A program made the position numbers and the translations under genes. From NCBI GenBank assembly GCA_044450345.1, contig JBIOIY010000002.1:96001-160000 (forward strand): DNA of 64,000 nt. Direction: 5' to 3'. Origin of the DNA: Thermodesulfovibrionales bacterium. GTDB lineage: Bacteria > Nitrospirota > Thermodesulfovibrionia > Thermodesulfovibrionales > UBA6898. Under the pieces are notes generated by a model that saw nothing but the letters and a program-made list of their open reading frames with translations, was not told the DNA's origin and did no database searches. Position 1 is the stretch's first letter. The number at the start of each line of letters is the position of its first letter. Of the stretch, positions 1-9,456 are shown piece by piece.

Positions 1-194
1 AGAGAATGCGCAAGGCCGTCGAACAAAATGTATTTCTCAAGAAGGATGGATATTCGCTTCATTTAACCGCAAGTTTCGGGGTCGCTTCTTATCCCGAGAG
101 CGCAAAATCCAAAGAGGATCTACTGAGGTTGGCGGATGAGGCGATGTACAGGGTCAAATATCAGACACGAAATGGCGTTTATGCTATAGTATAG
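1..194 (+). CDS. GGDEF (diguanylate cyclase) domain protein, C-terminal fragment; gene begins before the window
   Basis: LTASFGVASYP...LLRLADEAMYRVK..TRN is the typical GGDEF C-terminus; the active-site motif is outside the window. Confidence 0.85.
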   Translation, partial: RMRKAVEQNVFLKKDGYSLHLTASFGVASYPESAKSKEDLLRLADEAMYRVKYQTRNGVYAIV

Positions 195-196
195 CG

Positions 197-1270
197 ATGG
201 CGCTTTTTAATTACGCTACAAAGGAAATTACTCTCAAGATCGTCTATTACGGGCCCGGATTGAGCGGCAAGACAACTAATCTTCAGTATCTCCATTCTAT
301 CTTAAATCCGGAAACCAAGGGGAGGCTGCTTTCCTTATCTACAGAGGCTGATAGAACGCTCTTCTTTGATTTCCTTCCCGTCGAACTCGGGAAGATTCGC
401 GATTTTTCCATTAGGTTTCAGCTCTATACCGTACCTGGTCAAGTAAGATATAACGCCACGCGAAAGATTGTCCTCAAGGGTGCTGACGCGGTCATTTTTG
501 TCGCCGACTCCCAGAGAGATATGAAGGAACAGAACATAGATAGCTTCGAGAATATGAGGGAAAATCTTTTCTCTAATAATATCAATCCTGACGAGATACC
601 AGTAATTTTTCAGTACAACAAAAGAGATCTCAATAACGTCGCTTCCATTGAAGAACTCAATGCGGGGCTGAATCCCTATGGATACCGTGTGGTAGAGGCG
701 TGCGCGATAAACGGCTCGGGGGTTGAGGAATCCTTTAAGCTAATTACCAAGCTTTTGCTGAAATTTATCGCGAAGAAACATCAGATAGAAATACAACAGC
801 CTGAAAAAAAGGAAGAAGAAAAGTCGGTGGAAAAACCTGAGGCGGTTGTAGATAAACTTCCACCTCTTCCTGCTTTTTCTGTTTCTCCCGAGGTGCGGAC
901 GGAGGTTTCTCTTCCTGAGAAGGCCATCATACCTGACAGCAGAGTGGTATCCGGTGAAGACGCAGTGTTATCGTCTGAAGAAGACCTTGAAAGCGGCTAC
1001 GGGCGCATACCGGAGCGAGAGAAGATCCTTTCTCCCCGGCCAGAGGAAATCCCTGTCCTCCCCGTTGACAAAGTTGATCAGATTGCTGAGGAACTGACGG
1101 GTCTCCATGGTATCCTGACAGATATTAAGAATTCGCTGTATGTACTAAGCAAGGAGATGAAAGACCTCAGGTCTATAAAGAAGGAACAGGAAGAGACCAG
1201 CCGCTCGCTGAAGGATCTTTCCGCCCGCTTCCAAGGGCTAAAAACGAAGAGACGCTGGTTCAGATTTTAA
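197..1270 (+). CDS. MglA-family small GTPase with long C-terminal extension
   Basis: KIVYYGPGLSGKTTN (G1), DRTLFFDF (G2 with Arg finger), TVPGQ (G3), NKRD (G4); about 165 extra residues after the G domain. Confidence 0.9.
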   Translation: MALFNYATKEITLKIVYYGPGLSGKTTNLQYLHSILNPETKGRLLSLSTEADRTLFFDFLPVELGKIRDFSIRFQLYTVPGQVRYNATRKIVLKGADAVIFVADSQRDMKEQNIDSFENMRENLFSNNINPDEIPVIFQYNKRDLNNVASIEELNAGLNPYGYRVVEACAINGSGVEESFKLITKLLLKFIAKKHQIEIQQPEKKEEEKSVEKPEAVVDKLPPLPAFSVSPEVRTEVSLPEKAIIPDSRVVSGEDAVLSSEEDLESGYGRIPEREKILSPRPEEIPVLPVDKVDQIAEELTGLHGILTDIKNSLYVLSKEMKDLRSIKKEQEETSRSLKDLSARFQGLKTKRRWFRF

Positions 1271-1307
1271 ATCGGACTGAGACGCCCATGACGGCTGTTT
1301 CCTCCTG

Positions 1308-2711
1308 TTAGAGGAGATATTCAGCAAGATTAATCCTGTATTTATTGGGGTCCATTGTCTTCAAAATGGACCTGACGTATAAATCCCTATCGTCCTTTTC
1401 GGTCAGGTCGACCACATGTCCTTTTATCCTGCTCCCCTTTTCGTCGATTATGATCAGCACGCGCGGTCTTGCCGGAAAGACCTGATTGCTTTCACATACC
1501 AGCCCTAATTCCTTAGTGTTGAGCATGACCAAAGTGCCGATAGGGAACACGCCGACCATATTGACAAAAAATTTAAGAAGAAGCGGATCAAGCTGTGTGT
1601 TAGACCGCTCCATCATGATGCTCAATGCCTTGTCCGGGGCCATCGGTACTCTCGAATAGACCCTGGCTGAGGTCATCGCATCATACTGGTCAGCAAGGCT
1701 CACGATCTTGCTGAAGAAATCAATCTCGAAATCCTTCTTTACGCGCGGGTAACCCGAGTGGTCGAAGTTCATGTGGTGTTCGAAGGCGACAATCGCTGAT
1801 TTGATCGTCAGGGGGTCCAGCTTCTTCAATTTCAATAAAGCCTTGACTCCCCATACCGGATGTCTTCTTATAATGTTCCATTCAGAATCGTTAAAGTTCG
1901 ACGGCTTGTTGAGAATTTCGTTGGGTATGTCCATTTTTCCGATGTCGTGAAAAAGCGCCACCATACCGAGTTCCGTGAGTATCTTTCGGCTCAATCCGAC
2001 GCGCTGGCCCAATGCAATCGAAAGGATGCTGACGTTTACCGAGTGATGATAGGTGTATTCGTCGTAGTCCTTTATTGCAGTCATCCCAAGAAGAAGCTGT
2101 TCTTCCTCTAGAATCTGGTCCACCATAGTCTCGATTACCCTCTTGGCCATTCTTATGTTTACCTTCTCGCCGCCCTTTATTTTATTGATCACGCCGCGCG
2201 CATAGGAGACCGCATTAAAATAGGTCTTTTTGACCATCTTTCTTGGTTCCAGCGACCTCTCCTCCACGACCTTTTTGAGTTTTTCTACCGATATATTTCT
2301 GGCATTCGACATTTTTTCCGCTATCGCCTCGAACGGCGACTCCGCGTAGGGGGATGAAAGAAGAGCCCTTACGAGGACTTTAACCTCTTCTGCGGTGATC
2401 TTGTCCTTAAAGGCAAGACTGCCCAACTCCCTTTTCTTGAATTCCCTTATCAGAAAGTCGAAGTTCAAAAGGTATTCCAACGAATACCGAATGCGATAAT
2501 CGTTGATATAAAAATACTCACCTCTCAATTCAAGGGAAATCACGCGCTCGTGCTCGACGAGGAGGTTTATCATGGATACGAATTTGTCGATAACCGATGT
2601 AACGGCGACATTGTCTGGGTCGTGGATATGCGATGTCCGGAGTACCACGGAGAGCTGGTTGACCAGGTCTTTTCCAGTCTTGAATCTTTCTATATCTTCT
2701 CTATTGTCCAT
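1308..2711 (-). CDS. HD-GYP domain cyclic dinucleotide phosphodiesterase
   Basis: HHSVNV, FHDIGK, RHPVWG, EHH..FDHSGYP, ADQYDAMTSAR motifs intact. Confidence 0.9.
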   Translation of the reverse strand: MDNREDIERFKTGKDLVNQLSVVLRTSHIHDPDNVAVTSVIDKFVSMINLLVEHERVISLELRGEYFYINDYRIRYSLEYLLNFDFLIREFKKRELGSLAFKDKITAEEVKVLVRALLSSPYAESPFEAIAEKMSNARNISVEKLKKVVEERSLEPRKMVKKTYFNAVSYARGVINKIKGGEKVNIRMAKRVIETMVDQILEEEQLLLGMTAIKDYDEYTYHHSVNVSILSIALGQRVGLSRKILTELGMVALFHDIGKMDIPNEILNKPSNFNDSEWNIIRRHPVWGVKALLKLKKLDPLTIKSAIVAFEHHMNFDHSGYPRVKKDFEIDFFSKIVSLADQYDAMTSARVYSRVPMAPDKALSIMMERSNTQLDPLLLKFFVNMVGVFPIGTLVMLNTKELGLVCESNQVFPARPRVLIIIDEKGSRIKGHVVDLTEKDDRDLYVRSILKTMDPNKYRINLAEYLL

Positions 2712-4347
2712 ATTCCAGCCTCTTCATTGCGGAGAAGATGAGTTCCTGCATGAGTTTATTGCCGTCGTTCCTGTATTTGTTCAGAATCGGAAGTGCGTTT
2801 TTGTTCCCCAAGAGTCCGAGACAATATGCGGCACACGCCCTGTTCTCATCATTCTTTGCCCTTCCAAGAAAAGTCTTCTTCTTAAAAATTCCAACAACTG
2901 AAGCATATACTTCATCGTCTTTCCACTGTGAAAGGACCTCGAAATATTCCTTCTTTTCCTCAAAATCCTTGTCCTTGAAAGTCTTGTCCGCTATCTTATT
3001 CATGATGATACGCTTGGGTGCCTCCGATTTTATATTCCCCAACGCCCTCAGGGCAGCTGAACGTACCTGGATCTCCGCGTCTTCAAGACAGTCCCTCAGC
3101 GCCTGCAAAACCCCGCCGCCACCGAGCTCTCCAAGCGCGCGGATGACTTCTTTCTTGACTCTGATATCGCCGTGCTTGACCGTTTTAAGCAGATAATCTA
3201 CGGCCCTCTTGTCTCCTATCTTCCTGAGTATGTAAATAATATTTCTTACTACGTACCAGCGAGAGTCGCTTAACCCCTTCGCAAGAGTAGTAATGTCTTT
3301 GGTCCCCAAAAGGATCAGGGCATCGATCACTATCTTCCTTGCGTGAATGCTTTTCAGTTCCCCCAGTATTTTCATAAACGGTACGATCGCATTTTTATCG
3401 AGGAACTTCACAAAATCTTCAAAGAGTTTTTCTTCCATCTCCTGGCCGCTGTCCAGGATCTCCCCCAGGAGATTGATTATGGCTTCACTTCCCGCGAGTA
3501 AAAGTATCTTTTTGGCGAGCCTCTTTCTTTCCTCATCCTCGTTTCTGTCTTCGACCATTTTTCTGAAACGTGACAGGATGCGCGTTACCAACTGGATATT
3601 GCCGCGACCCACCGCGTACTCGATAGCATTCACGAAGAACCTGACTATATCTTCGATATCCTCCTTCGACGGCTGGAGATAAATCATCTCAAACAAAATG
3701 TCGGTCAGTTTATCGGTCTTATCCTCCGAATCTTTGTCAAATTCCTGCATCAGAAGCTGCAGGTCTTTGTCCGAAAGTGGCACGATTGAGACATCGTGTA
3801 CCAGCTCCTCTTTGAAGGCATCTTCGTATGCCTTCATTAGCGAGTCCTGATCAGGTTTCTTTTCTACGATCGCGTTCACCGCGCTCTCCTCATAGTCATC
3901 CTCATCAGCCAGGACCGTCTCATCGACTAAATACTGAATGTTCTGAAAGTCTTTCTCCCAAAGGAGCGTTACTATGTCGTCTTCCAATGCATCCCGGTTG
4001 AAATCCAATGAGATGATCTTCAAGAAATCTTCCATCTCCTCCATAGCAAGACCTTTTCTGAAGGTAATTTCTCTCAGGCCGTCCTTAAAGAAAAAAAGCG
4101 CGAGGTTATCTTCTTTTTCTAGACTCACATAGACCTGCTCAGAATCGAAAAATATTTCGTTCTGTTTTATCTTGAGGCACAGTTCGTCTTTGAAATAAAA
4201 GAACTCTTTGAATTTTTTGAAATCGTCCTCGATAGTGTTAATATAGATAGGGTTATTTGACGGATACATCCTTAGTATCTTCTTTGATTTGAGGAAAGAC
4301 TGGATTATGTCTTTGGCCTTCTTAAGTTCTTCGCTCATACCTATCAC
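2701..4347 (-). CDS. HEAT-repeat protein (start may be ATG at 4338)
   Basis: C-terminal repeats LSDSRWYVVRNIIYILRKIG / HGDIRVKKEVIRALGELG / DAEIQVRSAALRALGNI; overlaps the HD-GYP start. Confidence 0.85.
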   Translation of the reverse strand: MIGMSEELKKAKDIIQSFLKSKKILRMYPSNNPIYINTIEDDFKKFKEFFYFKDELCLKIKQNEIFFDSEQVYVSLEKEDNLALFFFKDGLREITFRKGLAMEEMEDFLKIISLDFNRDALEDDIVTLLWEKDFQNIQYLVDETVLADEDDYEESAVNAIVEKKPDQDSLMKAYEDAFKEELVHDVSIVPLSDKDLQLLMQEFDKDSEDKTDKLTDILFEMIYLQPSKEDIEDIVRFFVNAIEYAVGRGNIQLVTRILSRFRKMVEDRNEDEERKRLAKKILLLAGSEAIINLLGEILDSGQEMEEKLFEDFVKFLDKNAIVPFMKILGELKSIHARKIVIDALILLGTKDITTLAKGLSDSRWYVVRNIIYILRKIGDKRAVDYLLKTVKHGDIRVKKEVIRALGELGGGGVLQALRDCLEDAEIQVRSAALRALGNIKSEAPKRIIMNKIADKTFKDKDFEEKKEYFEVLSQWKDDEVYASVVGIFKKKTFLGRAKNDENRACAAYCLGLLGNKNALPILNKYRNDGNKLMQELIFSAMKRLEYGQ

Positions 4348-4385
4348 GAACCTGTATCAATGATTAATAAGATGTGTCAATTGCG

Positions 4386-4664
4386 CTATACAAGAGACAC
4401 CCTTCTCTCTCTCGCGAAATTTCTAATTATCATTGTGGCGGAAAATAACCTCTGAAGTTTAAGGTTTCTGCTTCGTATCGCAAAGACATCGTGGGTCGGG
4501 AACCTCTCAGCCCTGATCTCATTCTGGACCTTCGATATCTCAACATAGAAATCACGCAGCGTTTCGTGCTCAAAGGATTTCAGAAACAACGGATTCACCA
4601 CCACGTATCCCTCCGCGATGTCATGAATGGTTGCCTTAAGACTCTTTCCCCTCACGTTTGACAT
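4386..4664 (-). CDS. hypothetical protein
   Basis: 92-aa ORF overlapping the tatC 3' end, same strand; no motif recognised. Confidence 0.65.
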   Translation of the reverse strand: MSNVRGKSLKATIHDIAEGYVVVNPLFLKSFEHETLRDFYVEISKVQNEIRAERFPTHDVFAIRSRNLKLQRLFSATMIIRNFARERRVSLV

Positions 4665-5427
4665 GCTTCTTCTTTCTATATAAAAATCTGGATACTAGTA
4701 TACCAATTTCATAAAGAATTATAATAGGGACAGCCATTAGGGTTTGATTGAAGGCGTCAGGCGTCGGGGTAAGAATGGCGCCGGCAATAAACGCAAAAAG
4801 TACTGCAAATTTTCTATTTTTGGCCAGCATTGCCGGAGTTACGATGCCTATGCGTGTCAGGAAGATAATCACAAGAGGAAGCTCAAAGATAACGCCAAAG
4901 GCGAGCACGAATTTGAGGCAGAAGTCCACATAGCTGCCCACGGACAACATAGGTGTCATATTCTGCGTCTTGTATCCCAGCAAGAAGGTTATCGCAAAGG
5001 GAAGCACGATGCTAAAACAAAAGAACGCGCCTAATATAAACATTGCCGTAGCAAAAAAAACGAAAGGCAATACATATTTCCTTTCTTTGTCGAGAAGCCC
5101 GGGAGAGATAAAGCGCCACAGCTGGTAAAAAATTATCGGGAGAGAAAGAATCAGGGCGGCGACAAGGGAGACCTTAAGGTGCATCCAAAAGGCCTCGGCG
5201 GGCGCCAGGAAGACCAGGGGGGCGGCTGTCTTCTTGATTATCTGAAAATAGGGGGAGACAGGGCTAATCTTGAGCTCGGACCTGAGTGGAAAGGTGATCA
5301 CGTCAAAAATCTTTTCGGAGTAATTGAAGACCCCGACAAACACAACAAAGATCGCGGCCAGAGAAACTAAAATTCTCTTGCGAAGTTCGGTAAGGTGTCC
5401 TGTCAGGGGCATCTTGTAATTTTCCAA
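4636..5427 (-). CDS. tatC: twin-arginine translocase subunit TatC
   Basis: MPLTGHLTELRKR, YQLWRFISPGL..KERKY, AILTPTPDAF; multi-TM; TTG start. Confidence 0.97.
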   Translation of the reverse strand: MENYKMPLTGHLTELRKRILVSLAAIFVVFVGVFNYSEKIFDVITFPLRSELKISPVSPYFQIIKKTAAPLVFLAPAEAFWMHLKVSLVAALILSLPIIFYQLWRFISPGLLDKERKYVLPFVFFATAMFILGAFFCFSIVLPFAITFLLGYKTQNMTPMLSVGSYVDFCLKFVLAFGVIFELPLVIIFLTRIGIVTPAMLAKNRKFAVLFAFIAGAILTPTPDAFNQTLMAVPIIILYEIGILVSRFLYRKKKHVKREGKES

Positions 5428-5693
5428 TTATCCCTCTTCTTTCTCTCTGCAGGCTGAAAGCACATTTTCGCCTTTTCCTCTGACCGACGAGTCATCTCAG
5501 TTTCTTCGACGGCATTCCGCCCGGACTCGTCAAGCTCTGTCTCCATCCGCATACCGGGCATTATGTATACCCCCCTGATTTCATTAATCCATCACCGCGG
5601 AGTCCTGCCCGCTTCAGGAAGTCTTTCCGGTCCAAACACAAGCAGCGCCACCAAAGAAATTACTATGAGTTCCTGGAATCCTATATCAAACAC
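5428..5693 (-). pseudogene. tatB: TatB/TatA-family subunit disrupted by an in-frame TGA and frameshift(s)
   Basis: GTG at 5693 reads [33 protein letters not shown], then TGA at 5592-5594; TatB-like sequence continues (WINEIR...METELDE); directly upstream of tatC; absent from the ORF track. Confidence 0.8.
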
Positions 5694-5726
5694 TGCAAAA
5701 AACTGAAAAAATCCAAGGAGGGAGGC

Positions 5727-6509
5727 CTATTCTTCCTCAATAATTTTCTTGATCTCCTTCTTCTCCTGCGGAGACGTATAGCTGATCGAAATCAGAATCC
5801 TGTATTCGGGGGTTCTCTTGTTTAGGTCCGTGCCGATGCCGAGTGTGGTATAAAAAAAATCAGTAGTCTTAATTCTATATCCGAAACGCGCCTCCACCTG
5901 GTCATATTCATTTGAGAAATGGCTCTTCCTCACAAGAAGTTCCCCAAGCATCTTAAAGTTGTTGGCGGCGGAAAACTCTATGCCTCCCAGAAAAGTAATT
6001 TCCTCCCTGAGTTCTCCCGAACCCGGCCTTTCATAAAAGAAATTCATATGCCCCTTGAAAGGGCCGACTCTCTTGCTCATGATCAAACCTATACCGTATC
6101 TGCCATGCGTGCTGAATTCTTCACGGCCATTATTTAGTGAAGCGTTGATCACATAGGCCAGAGAAGGCCTGTATTTCCCCTCATCATAGAATCTGTGTTT
6201 GAACCCGACAGCGATATCCTCCATGCCGTCTATTGTGGTAGTAAAATTATATACGTAGGGCACGGTCAAATTGAATTCTACGGAATCGGAAATACCAAAA
6301 GCGCTCTTCAGGCTGAATCGATAAAAATTAGGGTCTTTCGATTTTTCAAAGCCGGTCTCAACGGCCACCTTATTCTTGGGAAGGCTCTCGGCACTGAAGG
6401 TGGAAAAGACGCTGTTGGGGGCTACAGGTTGGAGGCCGGAAACATCGAATGCAAATGATTCTCCGGAAAAAAGAAGAATCGCGATTATAAGAAAAATGGG
6501 TCTTTTCAT
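5727..6509 (-). CDS. exported putative outer-membrane beta-barrel (transporter/MetA-pathway-like) protein
   Basis: signal peptide (GESFA-F), alternating beta-strand pattern, GMEDIAVGFKHRF motif. Confidence 0.6.
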   Translation of the reverse strand: MKRPIFLIIAILLFSGESFAFDVSGLQPVAPNSVFSTFSAESLPKNKVAVETGFEKSKDPNFYRFSLKSAFGISDSVEFNLTVPYVYNFTTTIDGMEDIAVGFKHRFYDEGKYRPSLAYVINASLNNGREEFSTHGRYGIGLIMSKRVGPFKGHMNFFYERPGSGELREEITFLGGIEFSAANNFKMLGELLVRKSHFSNEYDQVEARFGYRIKTTDFFYTTLGIGTDLNKRTPEYRILISISYTSPQEKKEIKKIIEEE

Positions 6510-6517
6510 TAATAGAA

Positions 6518-6546
6518 AAAATAGCAGAAAAATCTCAGACTGTCAA
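6518..6546 (-). promoter_or_regulatory. sigma70-type promoter for the 5727-6509 gene
   Basis: TTGACA-17 nt-TATTTT with TGn extension, 8 nt before the ATG. Confidence 0.55.
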
Positions 6547-6586
6547 TGAAACTCTCCTTTTTGAGTTCAGTGACGCCTGCGTTTCA

Positions 6587-6616
6587 TTGACAAACAACGT
6601 CTATTATAACTATAAT
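6587..6616 (+). promoter_or_regulatory. sigma70 promoter of trxA
   Basis: exact TTGACA-18 nt-TATAAT. Confidence 0.75.
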
Positions 6617-6644
6617 GAAACTCATTTATCTTAGGAGGTATTAT

Positions 6645-6977
6645 ATGGCTGAAGGGATTCTTGAGGTTACCACAGCTTCATGGGAACAGGAAGTCTTGAA
6701 TGAGAGCGGATTAGTGCTGATCGATTTCTGGGCAGTGTGGTGCGGTCCTTGCCGTATGATAGCACCGACAGTAGAGGAACTGGCGAAGGAATATGCGGGA
6801 AAGGTAAAGGTCGTAAAGTTAAATACAGACGAAAACCCCGAAATAGCCAGTCGATATAAAATAATGGGCATTCCGACGCTTATGTTCTTTAAAGCAGGCC
6901 AAAAAATAGATCAGATCGTAGGCGCTGTGCCAAAGCCGCAGCTTAAGGCAAAACTCGAAGCGCTGATTAATGCCTGA
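6645..6977 (+). CDS. trxA: thioredoxin
   Basis: [19 protein letters not shown] before ATG 6645. Confidence 0.97.
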   Translation: MAEGILEVTTASWEQEVLNESGLVLIDFWAVWCGPCRMIAPTVEELAKEYAGKVKVVKLNTDENPEIASRYKIMGIPTLMFFKAGQKIDQIVGAVPKPQLKAKLEALINA

Positions 6978-7048
6978 AAATCTGTCATTATTTTTCAGGA
7001 TCAATCGGTAATTTCAATTCACTTCATAATATCCCCGAGGTGTGGTTT

Positions 7049-7570
7049 GTGAAAAGAGCATTGCTTCTTATTTTTTTACTCATATCGCTGTGCCTTGTCT
7101 CATGCACAAAGAGCGACACCGGAACGGAAAAGCTTTCCCCTTCACAGACTGCAGGCATGGCGCCGGATTTCGTCCTTAAGGATATCGAAGGCAAAGACAT
7201 ACAGTTGTCCCGCTTCAAAGGAAAAATGGTCGTACTGGAGTTTTGGGCAACATGGTGTCCCCCCTGCAAGGCAACGATCCCGGAATTGATCGCAATGCAA
7301 GAGAAATATGCCGGAAAGGGGCTGGTGGTGCTCGGCATTTCCATTGATGAAGGCGGAGATCTTGCCTCGAAATTGTCTGCTTTTTCAAAAGCGAACAAGA
7401 TCAATTACCCGATATTACTCGGTAGCGAAGAGGTCTCCAGGGCCTACGGCATCATGAGCGTCCCAGCCACGTTTCTTATCGGCAAAGACAACAAAATCAT
7501 CACCGCATACAAGGGATACGTTGATAATCTTGAGGCCCTCATATCTCAGCAGATAGACAAAAACATATAA
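7049..7570 (+). CDS. TlpA/ResA-like disulfide reductase lipoprotein
   Basis: lipobox LVSC, APDF, FWATWCPPC; GAGGTG RBS favours GTG 7049. Confidence 0.88.
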   Translation: MKRALLLIFLLISLCLVSCTKSDTGTEKLSPSQTAGMAPDFVLKDIEGKDIQLSRFKGKMVVLEFWATWCPPCKATIPELIAMQEKYAGKGLVVLGISIDEGGDLASKLSAFSKANKINYPILLGSEEVSRAYGIMSVPATFLIGKDNKIITAYKGYVDNLEALISQQIDKNI

Positions 7571-7577
7571 AGAAGCC

Positions 7578-8897
7578 ATGTTTGAAAATCTTAGCGAAAA
7601 ATTAGATTCGATCCTGAAAAAATTGAAGGGTAGAGGTCTCCTTAAGGGCCAGGATGTGGAGGCTGCGCTCAAAGAAATCCGCCTCGCCCTGCTCGAAGCT
7701 GACGTAAATTTCAAAGTTGTCAAAGATTTGATCGAAAAAATCAAGTCAAAGGCTGTCGGAAAAGAAGTCCTCGATAGTCTCACTCCAGGGCAGCAGGTAG
7801 TCAAGATAGTTAACGATGAACTCTGCGAACTCCTTGGCAGGTCACAGAGCAAAATTACACTTTCCCCGAACCCTCCCACGGTAATCATGATGATCGGCCT
7901 CCAGGGTTCCGGCAAGACCACCACCGCGGCAAAACTAGCCAGATATTTCAAGAAAGAGGGAAGAAGGCCTTTACTAGCAGCGTGCGACCTCCAGAGACCC
8001 GCTGCCATCGACCAGTTACGAACACTGGGGAAACAGTTGGATGTAGGCGTTTACTCATCCATGGACACAAAAGACCCTGTTCGCGTTGCGCTCGAATCGG
8101 TAAACCGGGCAAAAGTCGACGCAAATGACATTGTGATAATAGATACTGCCGGCAGACTTCACATCGACGAGTCGCTCATGAGCGAGTTGAAAGACATCAA
8201 GGAAAAAGTCGCTCCAAGGGAAACACTCCTTGTTGCGGATTCGATGACCGGACAGGATGCTGTGACGATAGCAAGGCATTTCAATGAACAGATAGGAATT
8301 GACGGCATTATACTCACCAAGATGGATGGAGATGCGAGGGGCGGAGCTGCCCTGTCGATCAGAGCAGTTACGCAGAAGCCGATCAAGTTCATCGGGGTTG
8401 GTGAAAAAATAGATATGCTCGAGCCGTTTTATCCTGATAGGATCGCGTCGAGAATACTTGGAATGGGTGACATGTTGAGTCTTATCGAACAGGCGCAGCA
8501 GTCCTTCGACCAGAAAGAGGCTGAAACTCTTCAGAAAAGGATTCTCGATGATTCATTTACCTTCGACGATTTAAGGGAACAGTTGAAGAAGATCAGAAGT
8601 ATGGGGCCTCTGGAAAGCATATTGGGTATGATACCGGGGTTCAACAAGATGAAGAATGTAAACGTCGACGAAAGGGAATTCGTAAAGATCGAAGCGATAA
8701 TTAATTCCATGACAAAGAAGGAAAAGACGAATCATAACCTTCTGAACGGAAGCAGGAGGAAAAGGATTGCCATCGGCAGCGGAACGAATGTTGCCGACGT
8801 AAACAGGGTCATAAAGCAGTATGTCGAACTGAAGAAAATGCTGAAGATGTTCAAAGGCAAGAAGAACCTTAAACTCCCGAAGATGTTTCCTTTTTAG
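7578..8897 (+). CDS. ffh: signal recognition particle protein
   Basis: [25 protein letters not shown] domain. Confidence 0.98.
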   Translation: MFENLSEKLDSILKKLKGRGLLKGQDVEAALKEIRLALLEADVNFKVVKDLIEKIKSKAVGKEVLDSLTPGQQVVKIVNDELCELLGRSQSKITLSPNPPTVIMMIGLQGSGKTTTAAKLARYFKKEGRRPLLAACDLQRPAAIDQLRTLGKQLDVGVYSSMDTKDPVRVALESVNRAKVDANDIVIIDTAGRLHIDESLMSELKDIKEKVAPRETLLVADSMTGQDAVTIARHFNEQIGIDGIILTKMDGDARGGAALSIRAVTQKPIKFIGVGEKIDMLEPFYPDRIASRILGMGDMLSLIEQAQQSFDQKEAETLQKRILDDSFTFDDLREQLKKIRSMGPLESILGMIPGFNKMKNVNVDEREFVKIEAIINSMTKKEKTNHNLLNGSRRKRIAIGSGTNVADVNRVIKQYVELKKMLKMFKGKKNLKLPKMFPF

Positions 8898-8958
8898 CGG
8901 ACTTTACTTTACAAACCGCAATATATTAAAATTTCACATATTTTATAGGAGGTGTTTT

Positions 8959-9195
8959 TTGGTAAAAATCAGACTGACGAGATTAGGAGCTCATAAGAAA
9001 CCTTTTTACAGGCTTATCGTGGCAGATTCTAGGGCGAGAAGGGACGGTCCTTTTATCGAGATTCTGGGGACATACGATCCTCTTAAGGAACCCTCGGAAA
9101 TCAAGATAGACTTAGAGAAAGCCAAATATTGGCTGCAGAAAGGGGCACAGGCTACGGACACCGCTAAGAAGCTGATGCAACGGGCTGGCATATAG
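8959..9195 (+). CDS. rpsP: 30S ribosomal protein S16
   Basis: [28 protein letters not shown] start after AGGAGG. Confidence 0.98.
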   Translation: MVKIRLTRLGAHKKPFYRLIVADSRARRDGPFIEILGTYDPLKEPSEIKIDLEKAKYWLQKGAQATDTAKKLMQRAGI

Positions 9196-9225
9196 GCTGC
9201 CAATTTTTCACACGGAGGTGGACAG

Positions 9226-9456
9226 ATGAAAGAGTTAGTCGAGAGAATGGCGAAGGCATTGGTGGACAAACCTGAAGATGTAGCTGTAAATGAAATCGAC
9301 GGTGAAAAAACTACGGTCTATGAGCTCAAGGTAGCTTCGACTGATCTGGGGAAGGTTATAGGAAAACAAGGAAAGACCGCCCGTGCGATGAGGACCATTC
9401 TCAGTGCTTCGGGTACGAAGATCGGAAAACGCTGCGTACTGGAAATTCTCGAATAA
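9226..9456 (+). CDS. khpA: KH-domain RNA-binding protein
   Basis: [20 protein letters not shown]; position between rpsP and rimM. Confidence 0.93.
   Translation: MKELVERMAKALVDKPEDVAVNEIDGEKTTVYELKVASTDLGKVIGKQGKTARAMRTILSASGTKIGKRCVLEILE

Noticed and set aside
5592..5594. In-frame TGA in tatB read as selenocysteine or a recoded codon
   Set aside because: Not a Cys position, a frameshift is also present, and TGA is a normal stop in many genes here.
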